Notes under the pieces: model-generated
What the model was told of the DNA's origin: nothing
The model's database searches: none
The model's input: the letters and a program-made list of their open reading frames with translations, nothing else
Origin: Octopus vulgaris
Taxonomy: Eukaryota
NCBI GenBank assembly: GCA_951406725.2
Contig: OX597816.1
Span: 159,278,001 to 159,342,000, forward strand
Length of the DNA stretch: 64,000 nucleotides
Direction: 5' to 3'
In this document: in pieces, positions 26,701-37,900 of the stretch
Numbering within the stretch: the first letter of the stretch is position 1
Layout of the letters: the number at the start of each line of letters is the position of its first letter
Made by a program: the position numbers and the translations under genes

Positions 26701-27118
26701 TGTAGTGATGCTACTGTGTAAGGTTCAGCGCACATGCGCAGAATGGGACTACTTCCGGGTGGCCACCGGAAGTCTTCCCCATGCGCATGTGCGGGAAACT
26801 GACCCCTAAGGCCCAGTCAACTCGATCACTCTCTCTGGCCATTTCAGCCCTCGTGAACAGACGTGCATTTGGTAGTCTCTGATAACTACGCCGACTTAGC
26901 TGCGGACGACGTCGAATCACTTCAACCAACCAACAAGAAGCTGTACAACAGATTCGGCTGTCGTTTTCCCTTCAGAAATACGTACACCATCACGAATAAT
27001 AAACGACACTGCTGTCTTTCCCAGATAACCTGACTTCGTCTGTTATATTTAACTAAATTGAATGTGACGGGATCGGATCGACACCCCTTCAGTGATACCG
27101 ATTCCAGATCCTGTTACA
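26701..27118 (+). repeat. 5' LTR (418 bp)
   Basis: TGTAG...TTACA termini; AATAAA at 26998-27003; differs from the 3' LTR at 4 positions by manual comparison. Confidence 0.97.
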
Positions 27119-27120
27119 AT

Positions 27121-27130
27121 TGGTGACCCC
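27121..27130 (+). other. Primer binding site complementary to the tRNA-Trp 3' end
   Basis: TGGTGACCCC lies 2 nt after the 5' LTR and is complementary to ...GGGGUCACCA. The match stops after 10 nt. Confidence 0.8.
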
Positions 27131-27490
27131 AAGTAAAAAAAAAAAAAAAGAACAGAAGACGCAGCGAACAGGTTTTGCCAGTTAGAGCACTGAACACTCA
27201 GTTTTCACTTTCATTTTTCTTTTCCTTTCAGGACGGCGAAGGTGCGTACAAACAAAAGTTTTATTCATCGAACTCAGTACACTGAAAAAAAAAAAAGAAA
27301 CAAGCACACATTATTTTTTTTCTTTTCTGTACCTTTTGTTTTTCCTTTGTGCACACACACACTTATTCTTTACTACCCACGAGGTTCACACACACACACA
27401 CCAGTACACAAAACACGATTTTTGATTTGCTTTGTTAGTTCCACGTGTTCTCCACTTCTCGTTCATACCTTCTGCCCCTTTCTGACAAAC

Positions 27491-28239
27491 ATGGCTGCAT
27501 CAGGTTTGCCTTCATTCACAGGGGATGCGGGTCTGTGGCTTGCCCAGGTGGAGTCGCATTTTGCCGCACATGCCGTTCCTCCACAGCAGCAGTTGCATCT
27601 GCTATATTCGAGTTTGCCTTCCCGACTCGCCACATCGGTCAGGGATCTCATAATGAGTCCCCACCCTGACGCCACATATGCGTCAGTAAAGGCCGAAATC
27701 CTCCGCCGCAACATGCAGTCGGAGGAGAGTCAATTCAATGAGCTGATGGCCGACGAACAGTTGGGGGACAGGACTCCATCCCAGTTCCTGCGCACCTAAA
27801 GGAGCTAAGCGGCAACACAGCAGACGCGCCACTCTTACGGAAGATATTCTTCTCCAGGCTGCCTGCCCACGTGCAGACAATGTTGGCCACGGCACTGGAG
27901 TCTGTGTCAGTAGACCAGATTGCCACGATGGCCGACAAAATATTAGAATTTTCGGGACCATCTCCATCGCGGGGCCTGTACGCATGTACAGAGCCCCCTT
28001 GGACACCTTCTCCGACGAAAAATTCATTAGCCGAGAAGATCGATGCGCTTACGCAGCGAATCGATGATCTGTGCCGTGCGATCGGGCGCCAACCTCGCAG
28101 TCATAGTTGCAGTGGCTCTGTTTCCCGTAGTCGGAGTGACTCTATTTCTTGTTCCAGCTGGTGCTGGTACCATTCAAAGTATGCCGAAAAGGCAGAACGG
28201 TGTACCCAGCCGTGCACTTTCCAGCCCTCGGGAAACTAA
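27491..28239 (+). pseudogene. gag: gag with a 1-nt frameshift near 27793
   Basis: MAASGLPSF..D..LWLAQVESHF N-terminus, LGDRTPSQFLR motif and C-X2-H-X9-C-X3-C knuckle (CWYHSKYAEKAERCTQPC). The frame breaks at CGCACCTAAAG (expected R-H-L-K). Confidence 0.88.
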
Positions 28240-31200
28240 ATCCGGAGGAGGTGAGCACGTCACCTTCTTCCTTCTCGTTTCCCAAAAATCGTACATTCAT
28301 TGTAAAAGATCTGGTGTCGAAGAAATTCTTCATGGTGGACACCGGCTCTTGTTGCAGCATCTGGCCCCTTCGTCTGACTGCAGACAAGCCCAAGCGCTCT
28401 TCAATTGTCTTGCATGCCATTGACTCGTCTCCCATAACCACCTTCGGTCAGATTTCGCTGCGCCTCAACCTTCATCGAGATTTTCAATGGGTTTTCGTCA
28501 TCGCTGACATCCCGCATCCTATTCTCGGCGCAGATTTCTTGGATAGGTTTAATCTATTGGTGGATGTCAGGCGTCGGAGGCTTCTTGATAGCATGACGTC
28601 GCTCTCTACGCCGACTGAGAGTTCCACCAATGCGGTCCTTAGCCCGACATTCTTTGTTGCCACCTATGGAGACGCTTTTCACTCTCTTTTGGCTTCATTT
28701 CCGGAGCTAGTGGACATTGCCTTTCAACCGGAAAAGCCTACCCACTCGACACTCCATTTTATCACCACCACTGGGCCGCCTGTATTTTCGCGCCCACGGC
28801 GCCTTGCGCCTGACCGACTAAAAATGGCTAGGGCCAAGTTTGAGCACATGCTTCAACTTGGCCTTATACGCCCCTCCACCAGCCCATGGGCGTCTCCCCT
28901 TCATTTGGCGTGAAAGGGCGAGTCTGATTTTCGCCCGGTAGGAGACTATCGACGCCTCAATGCCGTAACACTAGCCGAAAGATATCCAATCAGAAATCTA
29001 CAGGACTTTACAGCAAATCTCCATGGTTGTACCATTTTTTCGAAGGTCGACCTTATACGCGCGTACCATCAAATACCGGTCAACCCAGCCGACGTTCCGA
29101 AAACTGCAATCACTACCCCTTTTGGGTGTTTTGAGTTTTTGTATATGAGTTTCGGTTTGCGGAATGCTACTAGCACTTTCCAGCGTTTCATTGATGAGGT
29201 TGTCTGCGGTCTTGATTTTGTGTTTGCCTATGTCGATGATATACTCATTGCGAGCGACACACGTGAAAATCATCTCCAGCACCTTTCTCAGCTTTTTCAG
29301 CGTCTTCGCGCTTATAGTATACGTATAAATCCCGATAAGTGTGTTTTCGGACGCTCTTCTGTAGATTTTCTAGGCCATCATATTGATTCGAGTGGAATCA
29401 GCCCCCTGTCGTCAAAGGTCGATGCCATTCAACGCATCGCACCCCCCACTTCCTTGCGCCAGCTCAGGCATTATCTAGGGATGATCAATTTCTACAGACG
29501 TTTTATTCCCGGTTGTGCAGATAAGCTACTTCCTCTCACCAGGCTATTAAAGAACACTCCTAGAAAGGACGGTCAAGTCACCCTCTCTGTTGAGGCACTG
29601 ACAGCCTTTGAGTCCATTAAGAAGGAGCTGGCTTCTGTTTCTTTGCTTGCACATCCGGTTCCTGGTGCTTCTCTCTCTTTGACTGTAGACGCATCGGACA
29701 CTGCGATTGGCGCTGTGTTACAACACACAGTGGATGATCATATTCGACCTCTGACTTTCTTTTCCCGCCAACTGCAACCAGCTGAACGACGATACAGCAC
29801 CTTTGATCGTGAGCTCCTAGCGATCTATCTATCGGTTCGTCATTTCCAGCATCAACTCGAAGGGCGAGATTTTGTGATCTATACGGATCACAAGCCCCTT
29901 ACGTTTGCCCTGTGTTCAAAAACGGACAAACTCTCGCCTCGTGCTTTCCGGCACCTGGATTTTATCTCTCAATTCACTAGTAACATTCGACACATACCTG
30001 GAAAAGAGAACGTTCCTGCTGACGCTCTCTCTCGCCTTCAAGTCTGCGCCCTTTTGTCTCCTGCTGCTATCGACTTAACTGCCATCTCGCAGGAGCAGCC
30101 ACCTTTGGCGTCGTTAGACTTAACTTCTCCCAAGTTCTCCTGTTGCCAGTTTTCCTACCTTCCGCTTCCGTCAGCCGAAGGCACCATTCTCTGTGATACT
30201 TCCACTGGTTCTCCCAGGCCACTCGTGCCTGAAAATCATCAACGCTCTGTGTTTGAAGCACTGCACTCCTTATCACTTCCTGGCATCGCTGCCACCCTTA
30301 AGCTGATCACTGCTCGGTTTTTCTGGCCGAATATGCGTCGCACTATTACTTCTTGGACATGCACCTGCTCCAAGTGTCAACGGTCCAAGATTCAACGGCA
30401 CGTTCGTGCCCCGCTTGGACATTTTCCCCCAACGGAGGCCCGTTTTCGCCATGTCCATATCGATCTGGTTGGACCATGGCCTGTGAGTCGCGGGTTTTCT
30501 TATCTGTTAACTTGTGTCGATCGTTTCTCCCGCTGGCCAGAAGCCATTCCGATAGCAGACATTTCTGCTGAGACTGTTGCGCGAGGCTTCGTTTCAAACT
30601 GGATTTCCCGTTTCGGAGTCCCGTCCAGATTGACTATTGATCGTGGACGTCAGTTTGAAGCTTCGCTATTTCGCGAATTGTCGCGCATTTTAGGTGTGCA
30701 TCATATCCACACTACCAGCTATCATCCAGCGTCTAATGGATTAGTTGAACGGTTCCATAGACAGCTCAAGACCGCTCTTCGTGCCTCTTCAGATCCACAG
30801 TCCTGGATTGAATTTCTGCCAATTGTGCTTCTCCGTTGTCGGACTGCTGTCAAGGCAGACCTGGGGTTTTCTTCTGCAGAGCTACTGTATGGTACCACAC
30901 TGACATTGCCTGGTACGATGTTGGTGCCAGACACTTCCCAGCCCCATGATCCGGCGACCTATGTCGCCAGACTGCGTTCATATTTCTCGAATCTTCCACC
31001 CGTGGTTCCCAGGAAACAATCTCCACCATCCCATCTCCCACCGGATATGGACACTTGGTCGCATGTTTTTGTTCGGGACGACTCTGTCAAGGGACCACTT
31101 GTTTCTCCCTATAAAGGACCTTTCCGTGTGCTTTCTCGCACACCTAAGGTTTTCACTATTGAAATAAATGGTCATTCGGAGACCGTTTCTGTGGACGACT

Positions 31201-31441
31201 GAAGAAAGCATACTTTGAGACGTCTTCATCTTTTGATGACAACCTTGCCACACCCACCTATGCACCTTTAACAACACCTTCACCTGCAAAAACACCTTCA
31301 CCTGCACAAATACTTTTGCCTTCACCGGCTCCTACAACACCACCTTCGCCGTCAACGGGTGCCCCGAGCACACCGTATATTACAAGATCGGGCAGAACAG
31401 TGCATTGGCCCAAGAAACTTTCAAAGACAATTTATCTTTAA
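28236..31441 (+). pseudogene. pol: pol (protease, RT, RNase H, integrase) with a premature TGA at 28911 and a 1-nt frameshift near 31197
   Basis: PR VDTGS; RT DYRRLN, FGLRNA and YVDD; RNase H VDASD and TDHKPL; IN with [25 protein letters not shown] and KGPF; after the shift, a C-terminal TRSGRTVHWP ending at TAA 31439-31441. Confidence 0.92.
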
Positions 31442-31574
31442 CTTTCTTTCAAATTTCTTGTTTTTGTATGATATTATGTACCAAATCTTCTGGGGGATCG
31501 GCAAGCCATCTGTTTTTCTGCAGCACCACTACAAATTTTCTTGTTTTCGTACTTCCGCACTCGAGGGGGAGCCA

Positions 31575-31992
31575 TGTAGTGATGCTACTGTGTAAGGTTC
31601 AGCGCGCATGCGCAGAATCGGACTACTTCCGGGTGGCCACCGGAAGTCTTCCCCATGCGCATGTGCGGGAAACTGACCCCTAAGGCCCAGTCAACTCGAT
31701 CACTCTCTCTGGCCATTTCAGCCCTCGTGAACAGACGTGCATTTGGTAGTCTCTGATAACTACACCGACTTAGCTGCGGACGACATCGAATCACTTCAAC
31801 CAACCAACAAGAAGCTGTACAACAGATTCGGCTGTCGTTTTCCCTTCAGAAATACGTACACCATCACGAATAATAAACGACACTGCTGTCTTTCCCAGAT
31901 AACCTGACTTCGTCTGTTATATTTAACTAAATTGAATGTGACGGGATCGGATCGACACCCCTTCAGTGATACCGATTCCAGATCCTGTTACA
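31575..31992 (+). repeat. 3' LTR (418 bp)
   Basis: Direct repeat of 26701-27118, preceded by the purine tract GAGGGGGAG (PPT, 31563-31571). Confidence 0.97.
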
Positions 31993-32935
31993 TGCCCATG
32001 TGAACAGAGACCTTAAAAATATCTTCTAGTGCCAACATAACAATCTATTCACATCTAACAAAACCAAAAGAAACACTCTACAACAATGCTGTATAGGACT
32101 AAAATCTTCATAAACTTTATAAATGCTAGGATTCACTCTCTGATCATCTTTTCTAGGGACTCTGTAACTATGTAACCATCATCATCATTTAACATCTGCT
32201 TTCCATGCTGACATTGGTTGTATCGTTTGACTGAAAACTGATAAGCTGGTGGGGGCTGCATCAGGCTCCAATCTGATTTGGCAAGGTGTCTATGGCTAGA
32301 TGCCCTTCTTAATGCCAACCACTTCGAGAGTGTAGTGGGTGTTTTTTACATGTCACCGGCACCATTTAAAGTAAACTCTTCCATACTAAGGATGCTGCTG
32401 TACTTCATCTCTGCATGCAGGAGTCAGTGTCTCATCAGGCAGTGCAGCAGCTCTGTAAGTGTTTCGACCCCTTCGACTGCAACACCAGAGCTGCCTGAGG
32501 CCACCCATTGTTGTAGGTGACAAAACTCCTACCCAACAGCCTAACCTTTGTAGAGTCAGATATTTCAACTCTGGGTCAGATGTCTTCATCATTCCCAATG
32601 CTCAAACTTACTGCACCACTCATCCTCTCTCTTACGCCAAAGCTTCCCGTTTATGTGACACAAAAACACAGCAAAAGATTATTATTGTTATTAATAAGAG
32701 AAAAAAAGCATAACTTTATTCAGTTCTTCATTTATTGACATATTTAGTTCAATTTTACTTCATCAGAAGAGTAACTCTTTCAATGTCCATATTTGTTATT
32801 GTTGTTTAGTGTCAGTTCAGTCTTGATTTAACTGTTGTAATCATCCAGACAACTACAAGGTGTGATGATTTTTCCTTCTTTATTTACGGTTTGTTAAAGC
32901 TTTGGATAGAATGCTTCATATTTTCTCCAATTCTA

Positions 32936-33125
32936 AGGCAGTGAGCTGGCAGAATTGCTAGCATGCCAAGCAAAATGCTTGGCAGTATTTTGTCTATCTT
33001 TATGTTCTAAGTTCAAATTCCACAGAGGTCAACTTCATCCTTTTGGTATCAATTAAATAAGTACTAGTCGAGCAATAGGGTCAATGAAATCAACTTACCC
33101 CCTCCCCACAAATCACTTGCTTTAT
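32936..33125 (+). repeat. Third SINE family (representative copy)
   Basis: GAGCTGGCAGAAT..TAGCATGC...GTTCAAATTCC.C.GAGGTCAACTT...CATCCTTT. Related copies at ~6120-6300, 7390-7560 (minus), 51830-52010 and 55890-56070 (minus). Confidence 0.7.
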
Positions 33126-33397
33126 ATCAAAATTCTCAATTCAAACCTTGCTGAGGTCAACTTTACCTCTCATCTTTTTGAGGAGTGATAAACTGTACCA
33201 AACCAAAGAAGTGGAGATGTTAGAGGGTCAAACAGAATGCCTTATGTTATCTGTTCTGTCCATTTATGTTCTGAGAGCAATGTTGACACTGGTACCAAGC
33301 TGTACTGGCCCTAAAACAGCAACCTTTTCCAAGGGCAACACATCGGTGATATGGAGAGGGAAGAGCTGCATAAGTAAGAAAAAGCCAGTCTTCCACT

Positions 33398-33453
33398 CAT
33401 TGTCATCAGTACAACCACCATCACCATCATCACCACCATCATCATCACCAACA

Positions 33454-33495
<42 letters not shown>

Positions 33496-33501
33496 TCGTC
33501 G

Positions 33502-33583
<82 letters not shown>
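33398..33583. repeat. Compound (TCA)n/(TCG)n microsatellite; expanded tail of a minus-strand RTE-tail retroposon
   Basis: Long trinucleotide run directly adjoining TTTAACATTAATGCTCTATGCTGGCATGGGT. Confidence 0.95.
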
Positions 33584-34106
33584 TTAACATTAATGCTCTA
33601 TGCTGGCATGGGTCGGATGTTTTGACAGGATCTGATGGGTCCAAGGATTGCATCATACTTCAGTGTCTGCTTTGGCATGGTTTCTTTAGTTAGGTGCCTT
33701 TTCTAATACCAACCACTTTACAATGTACACTGGATGCCTTTTTTCATACTACCAGCCCTTGTGAGGTCACCAGGCAGCGTACAAGGCTATGAGCTCTGAG
33801 GGAGCAACTTTGTGCAAGGAGATAAGGAGCAAAAGACGGCTGAAAGTATAAGAGAAGGAGCCAGAACAGAACAGATTTCTTGCTGTAGAGGAGCTACATT
33901 ATTACACACATTTTAGAAGAGAGGATGGGAGTGATTGAGTAGAGCCAAAGAGTGAAGTGAGAGTAGGAAATGTCTGACAGTGCTGAGCAGTAGAAAGGTA
34001 CTGATGAAACACACACACACACACAAATCCCTGCCTAGGCCTGCAAAGTCCTGATCAATGGAATCTCACAGAGCTAACATAATGTATGAGTGAAATAAAA
34101 AATTAA

Positions 34107-34326
34107 CCTTTCATTAGCAACCTGGCTGAAACTGGCTCTGGCTCTGTAGTACAAATGTCTTGTTTTCCTAAGTTCTGAATTAAAATCTTCCACCAAGTCT
34201 TAGTCACAATTTATGTTCCTAACACTAGCTTAATGATAACTAGGTTATTTTACTAAATTCTTTGTTACGTCTAAAATAATTGAAAGCAACACAGAGCATC
34301 TCAAAATAAATACAGTAACAAAAGGG
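34107..34326. mobile_element. TTAA-flanked MITE, same family as 15340-15540
   Basis: TTAA|CCTTTC...AAAGGG|TTAA; internal sequence is the reverse complement of the 15340 copy. Confidence 0.75.
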
Positions 34327-34970
34327 TTAATAACTTTCACTGCATTGAAAAGAAGTAAACATGGATCAATGTCTAAATCTACTCAAGACAGGTAGGGGAG
34401 ACAACTTCCATCTATTCATCCATTTTCTCTACCCACCATTCCTGGGAAATTATGGTTGTAGAATCCTCAGGCACTTCCTCTAGAGGGTCCTGTCGAAAAC
34501 AACTGTCATTACTCTTTCTGGCTGGATTCTCAAGCATGACCAACCAAGACTATGAATATTAAACAACCCTGTTACTTTTGGCTTACCCCTAGGTCTCTTG
34601 CCAGTTGGTTTGGCTTGAAGAATCCATCTAGCAGTTGTTTCCTGCAACATTCTAATCACATGTCCATAATATCAGGGCTGTGACCTCTTAATGTGAAGTA
34701 GTGGTTCAACCAAGAGAGACTCCCTGATCTCTACAGAGTAAGGTAAAACAATCAAGGAAATATGTAACAATAGAAGCTTCACTGCTGTGGGCTGCAAGTT
34801 TAATGCCAATGAATCTACCATTTGTTTCAATTATGAAGTGCTTGGAGTTGATTTGTTTATCATCATTTTTATTAAAAATAAACAAAACAAATCCTGTGGT
34901 AAACAAGGACAGATGTATTTAAAAAATCAGTGACCTTCATAAGTAAGTGAAATAAAATAAATTAAAATCT

Positions 34971-37900
34971 ATTCATTATCATTATTTAACGTTTGTCCAT
35001 GCTGGCATGGGTGGGATGGTTTGACCAGGGCTGACAAGCTGGAAGGCTGCACCAGTCTGATTTGGCATGGTTTCTGTGGCTGGGTGCTCTTCCTAATGCT
35101 AACCACTACAAGAGTGTAAAGGGTGCTTTTACATTCCACTGGCACGGGTGCCATTTGCATGACACCAGTATCTGCCATGACTGCAATTTTACTTGGCTTA
35201 ATGGATTTTCTTCTCAAGCACAGCATAATGTCAAAGGTCTCAGTCAGTCATCATTGCCTCCGTGAGGCTCAACACGTGTTTTTCATGTGCAACCAGCATC
35301 TGCTACCTTGCTTTTGTGAGGCTCAATGCTCAAAAGATGCTTTTTACATGCTACCAGCACAGGTGCCAGTTATATGACACCATCATGATTTCACTGGTCT
35401 TGATGGATCTTCTCAAGCACAGCATATTACCAAAGATCTCAGTCACTATTCATTGCCTCTATAAAAATAAGAACGTGTTCCTATTCTTAATAATATATTC
35501 TGACCAGGTAATACACATGAGTTTGGAATGACAACAAGATTTCTTTTTAAGATATATACATTATTTATTTTACATATTTTACAATCATGCTTGATGTTGT
35601 AAGTTTGTAAGTGTTAGCATGTTTTTGTGTCTGTGTGTTCGTTAGGCGTAAAAAGGTACTGACCAGTGAAATGACGATGAGATTTGATTCACAGTTCATG
35701 TTGTTGGTATCAGCTTGGCAACAGGTAATAACAGATGGCTTAAGGTAGTTCTTAGAAGAAACTAGAACCCAAGAAACAGATAATTGATTTACCGTTTATG
35801 AGGTACACTGTAAGAGTTCTATATCAAGGTATTGCGTGTCGCAGTTGAGATTAATTGAATCACTCGTGTTTATCTTCCTCTTGATATGAATATACTTCCA
35901 GACATGTTTCTGTAGCCGTTTTCTTTGTGGCGAGAATTTCACCTAACCGCTATAGTTGAATCTGTAGTTGTCTCGTGTACAATTTAAATCTTCGATGTTT
36001 GTCGATTGGTTCTTGCTGCTTCTTCATTATATGTTCTGCTTGGTTATTTTTCTCTAGTTATAGATATCCTGTAACCGTTTTCTTCATGGTGATATTTCAC
36101 ACTAACAGTATGAGAGGTATCTGTAACATCTTGTATTAATGGTGGTCGCCTGCCTCGAAACTGGAACTTGGTCGAGTATTCTCTGTGTGGTCAGAGACTT
36201 AGCTCTTAAAAGAACTAAAAGCCTAAGACGAGCTGTGTGGTCAGAGGTTTAGCTCTGAGAAGAACTAAAAACCTAAGACGAATATTCTTCTGAGAAACCT
36301 TATTTATAAGCTTCACCAGGCTCCCAGTGAACTTCAGAAATGGAAAGCTGTGATTGGCTGCTTGGACTATGGCGCGAAAATAAGTCGAGACATTTTGCGC
36401 CAAGTTATAACCAGCGGTGCGAGCATAGTAGAGACCAACGTGTCAACCAATCGAATTAGTGTTTACAACAAATGTTGAACTAGCCAAAGCTGTTTGTAAT
36501 CTCGACCGAGGTTGTTCTTAATACTCTTCTCAAACAGTGAAGATAGCAATGAGAGACGATATTGCTACACCTCCATGAGGCCTAAAGTTTGAAGATCATG
36601 TTTCACTACCCCGTCCTGCTGTGTCTTCTTGGGTCTACCTTTACCACAGGTTCCCTCCACAGTTAGAGTTCAGCACCTCTTTACACAGCTGTCCTCATCC
36701 ATATGCATCACATGACCATACAAGCACAGTTGTCTCTCTTGCACACTCTCTTGATACCTCTTATACCCAACTTTTCTCTCAAGATGTACATGTACTCTGA
36801 CATTGCAAATCCAGCAAAGCATGCTAGCTTCATTTCTTTCAAGCCTACGCATCTCCTCAGCTGTCAGCCCATGTTTTACTGTTGTGTCGCATAGCTGTTT
36901 GCACACAAGCATCATACAATCTGCCTTTTCACTCTGAGGGAAAGGCTCTTTGTTGCCAGCAGAAGCAGGAGCTCTCTAAACTTAGCCCAGCCTAATCTTA
37001 TTCTCACACCTATGTTTTCGGAGCATCCACCTCTGCTACTAACTTGGTCACCGAGATAATGGAAGCTATCTACTATCTCTAGCTTACTCCACTGGCAGTT
37101 GATGAAGTCTATTTTCTGTACATTTTCGGTGTTTATTGTACCTGTACAGCTTCCATACACAAAATCTATTTTCCCTGTTAACCTTCCTGATATTGCTGCA
37201 CCTCTTACATATCCATAGCTTACACCAGGCAGATCTTATGGAGTTTCTACTTACACCATTTCTACAGATCGAGCAGGGATATCTACCTGAAGGAATTTGT
37301 GATTTGTCTGCCTTCCTACTTACTATGGATTTTGCTAGGTTAACTCTAAGGCCCTTTGATTCTGGACCTTGCTTCCATACCTGAAATATTTTCTCTCGCT
37401 CTGGTAGTGATTCATCTATAAGAACAAGGTCATCAGCATAGAGGAGCTCCCAGGGAAAGCCTTCTTAAATTCCTCTGTTATTGCCTGGAGGACAATGATG
37501 AACAAGAGGTGGGGCAAGGACTGATACTTGGTGAATTCTTCACTATACTCATTGTCAACCTTCACGTTACTAACAGTGTTCCTGTACATAGCTTGTACAG
37601 TTCTCACCAACCACTTGTCTATCCCTAGTTTCTGCATTGACCATCAGATAAGGGAGAGGGGGAACCTGTCAAAGGCTTTCTCCAAATCACAAAAGCCAAG
37701 TACGGAGGTTTATCTTTGGCTATGCATTTCTGCAGCTACCTTACCAGAAATATAGCATCAGTGTTGCTTCTCTCTGGCACAAAACCAAGCTACATCTCAT
37801 CTAGACTAACTCTCTCCCTAATTAGTTGCACTATGACCCTCTCCACAACTTTCATCACCTGATCCAACAATTTGATACTTCTGTAATTATTTCTAACAAA

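Larger units (their letters stand above)
26701..31992 (+). mobile_element. Full-length Ty3/Gypsy LTR retrotransposon, CsRn1/Kabuki-like clade
   Basis: Two 418-bp TG...CA LTRs, PBS, PPT, gag and PR-RT-RH-IN domain order. The CHCC Gag motif and tRNA-Trp PBS are hallmarks of the CsRn1 clade. Flanks AGCC/TGCC look like a 4-bp TSD with one mismatch. Confidence 0.95.

Noticed and set aside
26711-26929. 72-aa antisense ORF duplicated at 31585-31803
   Set aside because: It is duplicated only because it lies in the LTRs; no ATG-supported start or recognisable motif.
31202-31574. Possible env or extra ORF after pol
   Set aside because: The region is the frameshifted Pro/Thr-rich integrase tail plus about 130 bp of UTR; there is no room for env.
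33148-33693. ORFs encoding poly-Ser, poly-Asp and poly-Met
   Set aside because: Artefacts of the (TCA)n/(TCG)n microsatellite; no splice or homology support.
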